From an uncultured Alphaproteobacteria bacterium (GTDB lineage Bacteria; Pseudomonadota; Alphaproteobacteria; Acetobacterales; Acetobacteraceae), in NCBI GenBank assembly GCA_963719675.1, contig CAVRDN010000007.1:68670-132669 (forward strand): 64,000 nucleotides of DNA, written 5' to 3'. The translations under genes and the position numbers were made by a program. Within the stretch, counting starts at the first letter, position 1. Each line of letters begins with the position of its first letter. Positions 18,609-28,871 of the stretch are shown in pieces. The notes under the pieces are model-generated. The model was not told where the DNA came from. It worked only from the letters and a program-made list of their open reading frames with translations, and did not search any database.

Positions 18609-19655
18609 TCAGGCTTTCCGGTGGATCAGATCGTGCACGAAACCAAGCTTCCGGATTACCGCCGCGGTCAATACGAACGGGTAAAGATCCGCCTGCCCCA
18701 TGCAGCGATTGATATTGTTGATGGCGCCCACGATCGGCAGCCAGCGGCGGATCAGTTCCTCGATGCCGATCGCGGCGTGCGGCTCGAAGTCCACGGCGGC
18801 GCGGTACGCGGTGTCGTCCGTGACCAGCGGATCCACGCGCAATCCGAACGCGCCGGCCATTTCCAGCGTGTCCACGATGTGCAGGACGTGAGCCCAGGTC
18901 TCGGCGAAATCTTCCCAGGGATGGGCGCTGGCATAGGTGCTGACGTAACGATCCCGCCAATCCCCGGGCGGCCCGTCGGCGTAGTATTTCCGCAGCGCCT
19001 CGCCATAGTCCGCGCGCTCATCGCCAAAGTATTCGCGAAATTCGTCCAGCGGGCCATCGCTTTTGATCAGGCGATCCCAATAATAATGGCCTGTTTCGTG
19101 CCGGAAATGACCCAGCAGCGTGCGGTACGGCTCGCCCAGGTCGGTGCGGCGCTTTTCCCGCTCGGCGTCGTCGGCCTCCGCCAGGTTCAGCGTGATCACG
19201 CCGTTATCGTGTCCGGTCAGCACCATCGCGCCGGGATCGTCGACCAGCACGTCGAACGCGAGCCCGAACTCCGGATTTTCGATCCGCGTTTCCAATGGCA
19301 GCCGCAGTCGCAGCAGGCCATAGAACAAATGATGTTTGGCCTGTTCGAACCGGCGCCAGCCCCGCAGGTTCGCGTCGATCGACAGGTCCGGGATGATCCT
19401 GTTGTGGCGGCAGGCCGCGCAGTAAAGCTCAGCGGAGTTGGCCGGCAGCAGCCAGTTGCAGGCGCCCAATTCGGCGTTCGCGCAAAACCGGAATTCGTTC
19501 AGTTCACCCAGGGACAGCCACCGGTCTCCCGACGCCTCCAGGGTATGAATGTCGTTCGACGCGGGATAATAGCCAAGCTGCTTGCGGCAGCGCTCACAAA
19601 TCACATTGTCGAAATACACGATATTCGAACAAAACCCGCACACGAACAGTTTCAT
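18609..19655 (-). CDS. Zinc-ribbon plus putative zinc metallopeptidase (DUF2248-like)
   Basis: N-terminal CxxC pairs; TGHDNGVITL, EPYRTLLGHFRHETGHYYW, YASAHPWEDFAETWAH, DLYPFVL. Confidence 0.85.
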   Translation of the reverse strand: MKLFVCGFCSNIVYFDNVICERCRKQLGYYPASNDIHTLEASGDRWLSLGELNEFRFCANAELGACNWLLPANSAELYCAACRHNRIIPDLSIDANLRGWRRFEQAKHHLFYGLLRLRLPLETRIENPEFGLAFDVLVDDPGAMVLTGHDNGVITLNLAEADDAEREKRRTDLGEPYRTLLGHFRHETGHYYWDRLIKSDGPLDEFREYFGDERADYGEALRKYYADGPPGDWRDRYVSTYASAHPWEDFAETWAHVLHIVDTLEMAGAFGLRVDPLVTDDTAYRAAVDFEPHAAIGIEELIRRWLPIVGAINNINRCMGQADLYPFVLTAAVIRKLGFVHDLIHRKA

Positions 19656-19721
19656 CGCCCGACCCGCTCAATTTCCATGAGGGCGCGCCCGACGCGCGCC
19701 CACGGCACATTCAATGCACAC

Positions 19722-19889
19722 TCAATGCATGAAGTACCAGCCGGCCGCCATCGCGACGATCGCCAGAATCAGCGACGTCGCGAGGACCAGAAAGACCCGG
19801 CCGCTGATGACACCCTGCCGGGCTTCCACGGCGGAGCGTTGCTCCACCACATGCGGTGCTCCGGCATCCTGACGCGGTTCCATGTCCAT
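19722..19889 (-). CDS. Small membrane protein (55 aa)
   Basis: EARQGVISGRV followed by one transmembrane helix; GAGG RBS; EcfG-type promoter just upstream. Confidence 0.65.
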   Translation of the reverse strand: MDMEPRQDAGAPHVVEQRSAVEARQGVISGRVFLVLATSLILAIVAMAAGWYFMH

Positions 19890-19926
19890 CGCCTCACCTG
19901 CATCGTTCCAGGATCTACCGAAAGCT

Positions 19927-19952
19927 AACGACGCTCGGCCGCGGAAGGTTCC
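19927..19952 (-). promoter_or_regulatory. EcfG-type promoter GGAAC-N17-CGTT
   Basis: Exact consensus about 37 bp upstream of ATG 19889. Confidence 0.75.
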
Positions 19953-19953
19953 G

Positions 19954-22197
19954 TCAGCCCTGGCTGGACACCAGGACGACGGAGGGACCCGGACCATCCA
20001 GCACCGCGTCCGGCACATCGCCAAAAAACAGCGTCTCGCCTGGCCTGCGGCTCACGCCCATCACGACAAGGTCGTGCTGACCGCTCAGCAATTGCCGCGG
20101 CACCTCGATCTCCGCCGAGCCGCGACGCAGCATCGCGTTGACGGTCACGCCCTGCTGCTCGCCCAGCACCTCGATTTCGCGCAGAATGGCGTCCTCGTTG
20201 CGCGTGCCGGTGGTATCGCTCCGGGCATGACCGGTGGTTTTGCTTTCCACGTACAGCACGGTGACCGTGGCGTTCACCGCCCGCGCCAGCGCGATGGCCA
20301 CCTCCGCGCCATGTCGCGAAAAGTCGGTGCCGGTGACCGGCGCCAGGATGTCGTGCTCGCCGCGGTCGGGATCCTCGCGATGCGCGCCGCGCGCGACGAC
20401 CACGGCGAACGGGCCATCGAACCCCAACGCGACGCGTCCGACGCGCGCCGAGAAGCGTCCCTCGGCACGCGCCGGCTCAACGCCCACGACCAGCAGATCG
20501 TAGCCTTTGCGCGCCTGCTCGGGCATCATTTCCTCAACGGGCGCCCTGTGGCGCACGGTTTCCACATCGACCGCCGGGGCTTTGTCCGGGCGGCCTTCCG
20601 GCGCCTCCGCCTGCTCCCCGGCGCCCTTCACCAAGGCCTCCGCGTCGCCGGCCCGCGCCGGTTCATCGACCGCCATCACCGTCGTCACGATCCGCCGCGA
20701 CCCCGCGAGCAAGCCGACCAGGCGGGACGCCAACCGTCCGCTCGGACCGTCATCGACCGCCATCAGCACGCGCTCCAGCCCGGCGACGAAGCCGCGCGCT
20801 TCCGTCGCCTCCCGCTCCAGCCGCTGCTGCTCATCCGGGCGCAACGGCACGCGCGCCAACGCCAGCCGCAGCATCGGCGGCATCGCCATCGTCGTCACCA
20901 CGGCCATCGTTACGATGGTGGTGAACAAAGCCTGGTTGAGCACGCCGGCCGAAACGCCGAGCGTCGCGACGATCACCTCGGTCGAGCCGCGCGCGTTCAT
21001 GCCGCAGGCCAGCGCGAGGGATTCGCGGATCGTCAGCCCTCCCAGCGCGCCGCCGGCCAGCGCGCCGGCGAACTTGCCCAGACTGGCGACGACGATCATG
21101 CCAAGCGCCAACAGCAACATCGGCCCGTTCGCCAGCGCGCCGAGGTCGGTATGCAGGCCGGCCACGCCAAAGAAGATCGGCATGAACAGCGCGACGATGA
21201 GGCCGCGCAAATGCGCCTCGATATGCTTCGTGAGGATCGGCGACTGGCCGACCAGGATGCCGGCGATGAACGCGCCCAGAAACGTGTTGACCCCGATCAT
21301 GTAAGTGATCAGCGCCATCACGCCCATCAGCACGAGGATCGCGCTGATGACCGGCAGTTCCATGACGAAGTTATCGTTCGCCCACCGGATCAGAATGAAC
21401 GCGGCGCGCGGCCCGAGCCGGAAGCTGACGATCAGGAACAAGGCGGTGCCGAGCACGCTCCCGCCGATCGAGGCGAGATCGAAACCACCTTGCCGCGCGA
21501 GACTGAAGGTGATCGCCATGATGATCCAGCCGATGGTGTCGTCCACGATCGCCGACGCGACGATGACCTGGCCGACGAGGCGGCGCATGAAGCCCATGTC
21601 GCGCACCACCACGGCGACGATCTTCACCGATGAAATCGACAGCGCGGTACCCAGGAACAACGAGGTGATGAGGCGCCGTCCCGGATCCGGCAGCATCGCT
21701 TCCGGCAGCAACTGACCCAACAGGAAGCCGCCCGCGAACGGCAGCGCGATGCCGGTGACGGAGACGGTGAACGCCGCGCGGCGCACCGGCTTCACCACCC
21801 CGAGGTCGGTTTCCATCCCGGTCAGCAGCAGCAGCATCAGGATACCGAATTGCGAAACGATCTCGATCGCGCCGGCATGTTGACCGCCGCTCGGGAAAAT
21901 CGACCGTTGCAACTCCGGCGCGACCGCGCCGAACACCGACGGCCCGAGCAGAACGCCGGCGATCAGTTGTCCGGTCACCGCCGGCTGCCCGATGCGCTGC
22001 ATCCCTTCCCCGAGCAAACGCCCGCAGAGCAACAGCAGAATCACCTGGATCACGAACAGCACGTCGGAGGCTTCGGCGTGGCCCGCCTCGGCGGCGCGGG
22101 CGTGCCCGGCGATCAGCAGCGACACCACGAGCGCGATGCAGAATCGTTTCTTGCCAACAACACTCGCGCCGCCGTCGGCGGCCCGTCCGGGCTTCAA
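19954..22197 (-). CDS. CPA2 cation:proton antiporter with C-terminal universal stress protein domains
   Basis: GQP.V.GQL.AG.LLGPS, TALSISS, IVDDTIGW, GMNARG; C-terminal ILAPVTGT and DLVVMG USP motifs; start uncertain. Confidence 0.87.
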   Translation of the reverse strand: MKPGRAADGGASVVGKKRFCIALVVSLLIAGHARAAEAGHAEASDVLFVIQVILLLLCGRLLGEGMQRIGQPAVTGQLIAGVLLGPSVFGAVAPELQRSIFPSGGQHAGAIEIVSQFGILMLLLLTGMETDLGVVKPVRRAAFTVSVTGIALPFAGGFLLGQLLPEAMLPDPGRRLITSLFLGTALSISSVKIVAVVVRDMGFMRRLVGQVIVASAIVDDTIGWIIMAITFSLARQGGFDLASIGGSVLGTALFLIVSFRLGPRAAFILIRWANDNFVMELPVISAILVLMGVMALITYMIGVNTFLGAFIAGILVGQSPILTKHIEAHLRGLIVALFMPIFFGVAGLHTDLGALANGPMLLLALGMIVVASLGKFAGALAGGALGGLTIRESLALACGMNARGSTEVIVATLGVSAGVLNQALFTTIVTMAVVTTMAMPPMLRLALARVPLRPDEQQRLEREATEARGFVAGLERVLMAVDDGPSGRLASRLVGLLAGSRRIVTTVMAVDEPARAGDAEALVKGAGEQAEAPEGRPDKAPAVDVETVRHRAPVEEMMPEQARKGYDLLVVGVEPARAEGRFSARVGRVALGFDGPFAVVVARGAHREDPDRGEHDILAPVTGTDFSRHGAEVAIALARAVNATVTVLYVESKTTGHARSDTTGTRNEDAILREIEVLGEQQGVTVNAMLRRGSAEIEVPRQLLSGQHDLVVMGVSRRPGETLFFGDVPDAVLDGPGPSVVLVSSQG

Positions 22198-22218
22198 GGA
22201 GGCCGCCGCGAGATCAAA

Positions 22219-22827
22219 TCAGGCCGAGGCCGGCGGCGTGGCGGGCGCGTCGAGCACGAACTGGATCTGCTCGGCGCCATTTCTCGCGGCTGGGGCGGTC
22301 CGGGCGCCGAGTTGCGCCGCGTAGGCCTGCAAAAGCCGGCCGCGCAGCAGGTCCAGCCGGATCGGCGTGACCCAGGTGCCGCTGCACCGATAGCGTCAAC
22401 AGGTTCGCCGCGAGCCGCAAGGTCACGGTCACCGCGCCGGACGTCGCGACCGCCTGGTCCATATAGGGCGGCATCAGCACGGCGAGATACAAGGCCAGCG
22501 CGATCGCGTGATCCAGGCCGATGATCGCGCCGGCGGCCTCGCGCATCGAACCGCAACTGCTCCTCGCCGAGGCCCGCGATCTGCCGCAGGCCGGACAGCA
22601 CCTCGGTCGATCAGGTCGGTCAACGTGACCTCGATCATCGAGCCGGTCGCGTAGACCAGCCGGTACGCCACCGACATGGACTGCACGTGCTCCTCGATGA
22701 AGCGGATGTCCTCGCGCCGCTCGGGCGGCATCATCCGCTTCTGCAGGTTCATCAGGCTGACGATGATCTGCAAGTTGTTTTTGACCCGGTGGTTGAGTTC
22801 CCGAACCAGCATGACCGGGTCGGGCAT
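22219..22827 (-). CDS. Sensor-less HisKA_2-type histidine kinase/phosphotransfer protein (frameshifted)
   Basis: RELNHRVKNNLQIIVSL right after the start; continues in other frames (IGLDHAIALAL..., RLLQAYAAQLGA...) to TGA at 22219. Confidence 0.7.
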
Positions 22828-22959
22828 GCTCGTCGGGCATCAGCGCGGCGGGCTTCGCGCGATCGCTCGGCGCGCTCCGCGGACCGCCCTGCGGCGCCCG
22901 TCCCGGTGGCGGCTGATTTCTGGGTCCGGAACGTTCCGGGAGGACCGGTCGCCACGTGG

Positions 22960-23535
22960 TCAAACGTCCACGGGCGACGACCGCGACCTGGCGCTCCAAG
23001 ATGCGTCAACCGCCGCGTCCCAGGCCATGTCGGGTTCCAGATGATTGTCCGCCGGCACCGCGAGCAGTTCCGCCAGACTGGCGCGCGCCCGATTGACCCG
23101 GCTTTTCATCGTGCCGACCGCGCAACCGCACAACGCCGCGGCGTCCTCATAGGACAGGCCGGAGGCACCGACCAGGATCAGCGCTTCCCGGTGATCGGGG
23201 GCGAGACGATCGAGCGCCGCGCGAAAATCCAGAAACTGCATGTGGCCTTCCTGCGTCGGCCGGGTCGCGAGGCGCGCCGCGTGGCGGCCTTCCTCATCGC
23301 CGACCTCATGCCGGCGCTTGCGATACTCCGAATAATATTCGTTGCGCAAAATCGTGTAAAGCCACGCGATCATATTGGAACCCGGCTCGAACGAGCCGAT
23401 GTTGGCCCAGGCTTTGACCAGCGTTTCCTGCACCAGATCCTCGGCGCGTGAGGTGCGGCCGCACAGCGAGATGGCGAATGCGCGCAGGCTTGGCAGCGCG
23501 GCCAGCAGATCGTCCTTAACGCTCGTTTCGCTCAT
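22960..23535 (-). CDS. ecfG: ECF sigma factor EcfG (SigT/RpoE2 type)
   Basis: LPSLRAFAISL, AEDLVQETLVKAW, F.PG.N..AWLYTILRN, REALILVGASGLSYEDAA..CGCAVGT.KSRVNRAR; divergent from phyR. Confidence 0.92.
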   Translation of the reverse strand: MSETSVKDDLLAALPSLRAFAISLCGRTSRAEDLVQETLVKAWANIGSFEPGSNMIAWLYTILRNEYYSEYRKRRHEVGDEEGRHAARLATRPTQEGHMQFLDFRAALDRLAPDHREALILVGASGLSYEDAAALCGCAVGTMKSRVNRARASLAELLAVPADNHLEPDMAWDAAVDASWSARSRSSPVDV

Positions 23536-23740
23536 GATTTCTGTGCCCTGCCGCTGCTTGCGTTCAAGTTCCTCGAGCAGCCGCAGAAACCGATCCGGCA
23601 CCGCCTCGCCCACGACCTCATCGTAGACCTGCGCGCAACTGGCGTCCGATGTGGCCTGCATGACCGCGCCTCGCAGATCTGCCCCGCGCGGCTGGCGCGC
23701 GGGCAATCGGCACCGTTCGGCTATTTGGCGTCGGATTCAT
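23536..23740 (-). CDS. nepR: NepR anti-sigma factor domain (frameshift near 23630; C-terminal half in frame with ecfG)
   Basis: HIGRQLRA in one frame, then VYDEVVGEAVPDRFLRLLEEL in the ecfG frame, together giving the NepR consensus IG..LR..YD....E.VPDRF..LL..L. Confidence 0.8.
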
Positions 23741-23792
23741 ATCGGACACCTGTGCTCGCTTCGCGGTGTCCTGTGCGGCCATCTAACTCTCC

Positions 23793-23819
23793 AACGCGGC
23801 CAGGCGACCCCCGGGTTCC
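23793..23819 (-). promoter_or_regulatory. EcfG-type promoter for nepR-ecfG (GGAAC-N18-CGTT)
   Basis: Consensus boxes present; spacer is one base long and contains a G run. Confidence 0.55.
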
Positions 23820-23927
23820 GGCGAAGCGGTAACGTCTGTTCCTGATCGGGCGCGCGCACCCGTCTCGGGCTCGCAAGCCGATATCCAGCGTGAATGCGCG
23901 GTCAAAGACGAAAGTTCCCTCCGCGAT

Positions 23928-23953
23928 GGAACATTTCCGCGCGAGCGCGCATT
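23928..23953 (+). promoter_or_regulatory. EcfG-type promoter for phyR (GGAAC-N17-CATT)
   Basis: Near-consensus about 63 bp upstream of the phyR ATG. Confidence 0.65.
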
Positions 23954-24016
23954 ATCCATGATGGCGCGGGCGCGTGCACGCGCCGCGCGTGGCATGTGCA
24001 CGTAGGGGAGAACACA

Positions 24017-24827
24017 ATGTCGCAATCCGCGTCGATCGCCGCGAAATCTGCCATATCTTCGGCGATTTGCCCGGGCTTTGACCGGGAGCCAGGCAAGCGG
24101 CGACGCCTATGCCGTCGCCACGCTGGAAGCCATCGCCGAGGACGCCGGCGCGACGGATGGGCCGTTGGAGCCGCGTCAGGCTTTGTATCAGGTGTTTCTG
24201 AAAATCTGGGGTTCTCTCGCGGTCAATCAGCGCGGCGACGACGCGGCCGACAATCCGACGATGCGCGCCGCGGACCGTTCGTTGGAGGCGATAACGCCGC
24301 TGCCCCGAGTGGTGTTTTTGTTACGGACGCTGGAGGGATTCACCACAGGCGAAATTGGTGAGATCCTGGAACGGCCGCCGACCGAAATTCAGGACCTTCT
24401 GGATGCCGCCGGGCGACAGATCGCCTCGCAGTTGCGCACCGAGGTACTGATCATCGAGGACGAGCCCATCATCGCCATGGACCTCGAAGCCATGGTCATC
24501 GACCTCGGCCATTCGGTGATGCGCATCGCCCGCACGCGGCAGGAAGCGGTCGCCGCGATCGCCGATCAGGTGCCGGGCCTGGTGCTCGCCGACATCCAGT
24601 TGGCGGACGGCAGCTCCGGGCTCGACGCGGTCAACGAGATCCTTGGCGTGCGCGAAGTGCCGGTGGTGTTCATCACCGCGTATCCGGAGCGGCTGTTGAC
24701 CGGCGAACGGCCGGAACCGACGTTCCTCATCACGAAGCCGTTCCGTACCGACACGGTGAAGGCGATCATCAGCCAGGCGTTGTTCTTCGATCGCCGCGCG
24801 ACCTTGTCGGCCGCTGTCCAGCGCTAG
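24017..24827 (+). CDS. phyR: PhyR anti-anti-sigma response regulator (frameshift near 24045)
   Basis: Sigma-like LPYLRRFARALTGSQ..GDAY plus receiver VLIIEDEPIIAMD, LADIQLADGSSG, FITAYPERLLTGERPEPTFLITKPF. Confidence 0.92.
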
Positions 24828-25403
24828 AGACGCCACCGCGACCACGGGCGATTCGGCCCGCCGTCCGGGGTTGGAACGGCGGGCCGAGCGCCAGGTGCAG
24901 GGAGGACACCGGCTGCTCCACGGAGCCGCCGGCACGCTTCGACACCGCCGACCGTGCCCTCGCCCATCGTGGAGGTGGCGCGAGCGCGTTGGGGACGCGC
25001 CGCACCGCCTTGGTAGAACCGGCATCCGATCGATAAGTTCCGGTCACGGTTGCCCGGATAATGTCGCGCGTGCCTCGCGCCCCGGGCGCATTCCCCCCGC
25101 CGATGGCCGAGCCGCCGGCCGGCGGCACATTCCTTCGCCACATTCGATTGGCACGGTGGCCCAGTGACATGGCCGGGTCACCTGCGCGTGGTGGAATCCG
25201 GTCCGCCGCCATCCTATCTCAGAACGGTCCCGGACGAGATATCCGGGCCGGGCCGACCTGGGATATCCTGATGGCGAATGTCCTCTGGAAATTCACCGCC
25301 TGGACGCCGATGCCAAACCTGTTTGACATTCACAGCCTGCACGGAGTTCCGGCCCGCGCCGCGCGCGGACGTCTCCAGCCGTGCGACGGCGGGGGTCTCG
25401 GCG

Positions 25404-27175
25404 ATGAGCGAGGCGGGCATGGGCGACGCCGATGAGGGCCTGGCCGATCTCGCGACCGGCCCGGCGCCGGACCCGCCCGCCGGCCCGGCGGAGCTCACCC
25501 CGACTGGGCTGTTCGGACGCCAGGCCGCGGTTCTGACCATCATCGCCTGCTTCGGGCTGCTCGCGGCCGCCTGCGCGTTCGCCGCCGTGCTGGCCTGGCG
25601 CGACATCCAGGCGGCCGCCGCCGTGGTGGACGCGCGAGAAGCCAGGCGCGCCGGCACCCTGGCGTTCGAGGCGATGCTGAACGCGGAAAGCCAGCAGCGC
25701 GGCTACCTGCTGATGCGCGATCCGACCTATCTGGCGAGTTATCACGACGACAAAACCGCGTTCGACCGCGCGGTGGATGGCTTGCGGCGCCGGCTCGCCG
25801 AGCGGCCCAGACGCGCGAGTCAGGTTGCCGCCGCGGCGCGGATCGGGCGGGAGAAGTTCGCTGAAATGGATCGCACCATCGCGCTTGGCGAGGCGGGCCA
25901 GTTCGATGACGCGCTCGCCGTTGTCCGCGCCGGCGGCGGAAAGTCGTTGATGGAGGAACTCGGGCGCATCATCGACGACCTGACCGCCGACGCCAATCTC
26001 GAAGTCCAGCAAACCACCGCCGTCGAAAGTCGACTGGGCACGCTGCTGGTTGGCGCCATCATCGTCGCCCTGTTCGGCGTCGCGGGTCTGGGATTCCTGT
26101 TGCTGAAGAACGCGCGGGTCCATCTGGCGCTGCTCGAGGCCCGCGAAACCAGCGCGCGGCAACTGGCCGAGGCGCTGGAGCGGCGGGTGGCCCGGCGCAC
26201 CGGCGAACTGGTCGCGGCCAACCAACGGTTCGAGGTGGCGTTGCGGGCATCCGGCGTGACCGTGATGACCCAGGATCGCGACCTCGTGTTCACCTGGGTC
26301 AGCCGCGGCATCTTCGGCCGGACTCCGAGGAGATCATCGGCAAGACCCAGCAGGAGGTCATCCCGGAAGCCGGGCCGGCGACCGCCACCACCCTGAAGCG
26401 CGCGGTTATCGAGACCGGGGAACCGGCCCGCGGCGACGTCCGGGTCGTGTACGACGGTACCGAAAGCTGGTACGACCTGACCGTGCATCCGCTGACCGAC
26501 GGGCATGGCGGCATCACCGGCGTCATCGGCGGCACCGTGGACATCACCCGCTATAAGGATCAGGAAGCGCGCATCCGCCTGCTGATGCGCGAACTGACGC
26601 ATCGATCCAAAAATCTGCTGACGGTCATTCAGGCCATCATGCGGCAAACGGCGGCCAACAGTGTTTCGCTGGAGGATTTCGAGGCGCGCTTCTCGGCGCG
26701 GCTACAATCGCTCGCCGGATCGCACGATCTGCTGGTGCGGGAAGACTGGCAAGGCGCGTCGATGCGCGAACTCGTGCAGTCGCAGCTTGGGCACTACAGC
26801 GATCGCGCCGAGTCGCGCATCGAGCTGTCGGGCCGGCCGTTGCAGATCCAGCCGGACGCCGCGCAGCATATCGGCATGGCGCTGCATGAACTGGCGACCA
26901 ACGCGGCGAAGTACGGCGCTCTGTCAACGCCGGACGGCAAGGTCGCCATTTCCTGGCGCGTGAATCCCGCCGCCGATGGCACCCCGCTGTGCACGCTGGA
27001 ATGGGTCGAGACCGGCGGCCCCGCGGTCGAACGCCCGTCGCGCCGCGGCTTTGGACGCGTTGTCATCGAACGCACCGTCGCGCGCGCTTTGGGTGGCGAG
27101 GTCCGCGTCGATTACGCCGCATCCGGCCTGCGCTGGACCCTGGAGTTTCCGACGACGCAAACCAACGGCCGCTGA
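25404..27175 (+). CDS. CHASE3-PAS-HWE sensor histidine kinase (frameshift near 26330)
   Basis: Two TM helices around a CHASE3 domain (NAESQQRGYLL..DP.YL..Y); PAS (QDRDL.FTW); HWE box RELTHRSKNLL, LHELATNAAKYGALS, EWVETGGP, RRGFG. Confidence 0.87.
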
Positions 27176-27196
27176 CGGCCGGCCGGCGCGGCGGAT

Positions 27197-27222
27197 GGAA
27201 CCTTCGGGGGAATCGCATCGTT
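27197..27222 (+). promoter_or_regulatory. EcfG-type promoter GGAAC-N17-CGTT
   Basis: Exact consensus in the intergenic region, about 400 bp upstream of the Spy-like gene. Confidence 0.6.
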
Positions 27223-27622
27223 ATACGCGCGAATTCCCTGGCGTTCAGGGAGCGATTTCAACAGGGTGATTTCGAAACAGTCATTTTGATGGCGAAGCGG
27301 ATGCGCGCGCGCAGCGGCGGCTGGCGGTCGGTGTATTCAGGCGGCCACTTCCGCCGGCGGGGCGGAAACATATTGATATCGGAACGGATCAACCGGGTTT
27401 CCGTCACGCCCCCGGATCCGTCAGCGCGCGCCGATGGTGCCGCGGACCGTTCTTCTCTCGTTGCTGGTCGGCGTGCCGACAACGAGACCTTATCGATGCG
27501 GGCCGGGGCTCCAACCCCGGCGGCGGCGTGGGCGCGCCGCCGTTCATCCGCATTGTCGCGACGCTCTCCGGTTGGATCCGACGCCACCGGAACGAAACCT
27601 TTCCAGCCAGGAGGAGTCGATC

Positions 27623-28225
27623 ATGCGTATGAGTTTCCGACAAGGCGCTCTTGTCACGACCGCGATCATCGGGTTGAGCGCGATGACGGCCGCCGCGGCG
27701 CCGCCCGCCACGACCGACGCGACCACGCCGGCGCCGACCTCGCCGATGCAGACATCGCCGATCAAGCCGGCGCCCGCCACGCAAGGCAGCGCCGCCACGT
27801 CCGCCACGCCGGGAATGTCCAATGGCGCGCAGGACAATGCGCAGGCGAACGGCGCCGCGCCGGACTCGAAAGAAAGCCTGGAGGCGCGTGTCGAGCAGCG
27901 GATCGACGAGCTGCATTCGAAGTTGCAGATCACCGCGGCGCAGGAGCCGGCCTGGAAGAAGTTCGCCCAGACGATGCGGGAGAACGCGCGCAAGATGGAC
28001 CAGAGTTTCGAGCAGCGGATCGGGCAACTCGACAACATGAACGCGCTGCAGAACATGAAGTCTTATGCCCGCGTTTCGCGTGAGCACGCCGATGATGTGC
28101 AGGCGCTGCTGCCGCCTTTCAAGTCGCTCTATGCCAAGATGACGGAGAGCCAGAAGCAGACGGCGGACCAGATGTTCCGTGAGGACGCCAATCGTGGCGG
28201 CCCGGCCGCGGCGCAGCACGGGTAA
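27623..28225 (+). CDS. Spy/CpxP (LTxxQ) family periplasmic chaperone
   Basis: Signal peptide; LQITAAQEPAW..FA..MR; LYAKMTESQKQTAD; GGAGG RBS. Confidence 0.8.
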   Translation: MRMSFRQGALVTTAIIGLSAMTAAAAPPATTDATTPAPTSPMQTSPIKPAPATQGSAATSATPGMSNGAQDNAQANGAAPDSKESLEARVEQRIDELHSKLQITAAQEPAWKKFAQTMRENARKMDQSFEQRIGQLDNMNALQNMKSYARVSREHADDVQALLPPFKSLYAKMTESQKQTADQMFREDANRGGPAAAQHG

Positions 28226-28250
28226 GAGCCGAATTGGTAGGAGAACCAAG

Positions 28251-28496
28251 GTGACACATCGAGGTTGGAAATTCGCCGCATGTCTGGGCATCGCGATGGC
28301 GACCCTGGCGGGGCCGATGGCGGGTCTGGCGCGGGCGGACGATCGCGACCACGGGCGCCACGATCGGCGCGACTGGCGGGAAGGCTATTACCGCCGGCCG
28401 GATATCTACTACAGCGCGCCTCCCGTGGTTTATCCGCCATACGGCTACTACCAGCAGCCTGGGGCGACGTTCAGCCTCACGCTTCCGTTCCGTTGA
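28251..28496 (+). CDS. Small secreted hypothetical protein (Tyr/Pro-rich)
   Basis: AGGAGA RBS plus GTG; signal peptide ending ARA; YYRRPDIYYSAPPVVYPP. Confidence 0.7.
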   Translation: MTHRGWKFAACLGIAMATLAGPMAGLARADDRDHGRHDRRDWREGYYRRPDIYYSAPPVVYPPYGYYQQPGATFSLTLPFR

Positions 28497-28680
28497 CGCG
28501 GAGCGTTACGCGTTCGTGCCAATGACGCGGAGCGTTACGCTTCGTCCGGTGGACGCGGAGCGTTACGCCTCGTCCGGTGGACGCGGAGCGTTACGCCTCG
28601 TCCGGTGGACGCGGAGCGTTACGCTTTGTCCCAATGACGCGGAGCGTTACGCTTTGTCCCAAGGACGCGGAGCGTTACGC
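28495..28680. repeat. Tandem array: seven identical 17-bp cores (gacgcggagcgttacgc) separated by 11-12-bp variable linkers
   Basis: Cores start at 28495, 28524, 28552, 28580, 28608, 28636 and 28664; degenerate tail to about 28795. Confidence 0.92.
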
Positions 28681-28795
28681 GTTGGTGCCAGTCAGGCGGA
28701 GCGCCGCGCTTCTGTTCGTGACGCGTCTTTCCGTGGAGCGCGACGCTTCGTTCCGTTGGCGTGGGACGTCGGGTTTCGTTCCGGCGGCACGGAGC

Positions 28796-28839
28796 AACCG
28801 GGATCCGGCGGGCACCCACCGCTCCGCCGGATCCCGGTT
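28796..28839. promoter_or_regulatory. Perfect 16-bp inverted repeat in the 5' leader of the 28872 gene
   Basis: aaccgggatccggcgg / ccgccggatcccggtt with a 12-nt loop; no U tract. Confidence 0.6.
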
Positions 28840-28871
28840 CGCCACAAAGGCGGTGGGAGGAGATCATTATC

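Noticed and set aside
24828-25403. Short ORFs between phyR and the HWE kinase
   Set aside because: Arg/Pro/Ala-rich translations with no motif or clear RBS.
28495-28680. CRISPR array
   Set aside because: Repeat (17 bp) and linkers (11-12 bp) are too short, the linkers are related or duplicated, and there are no cas genes or AT-rich leader.
27581-28790. ~17-bp imperfect inverted pair (27583-27599 and 28772-28788) as ends of a mobile element
   Set aside because: Short, with no transposase and no target-site duplication; the right copy lies in the degenerate tail of the tandem array.
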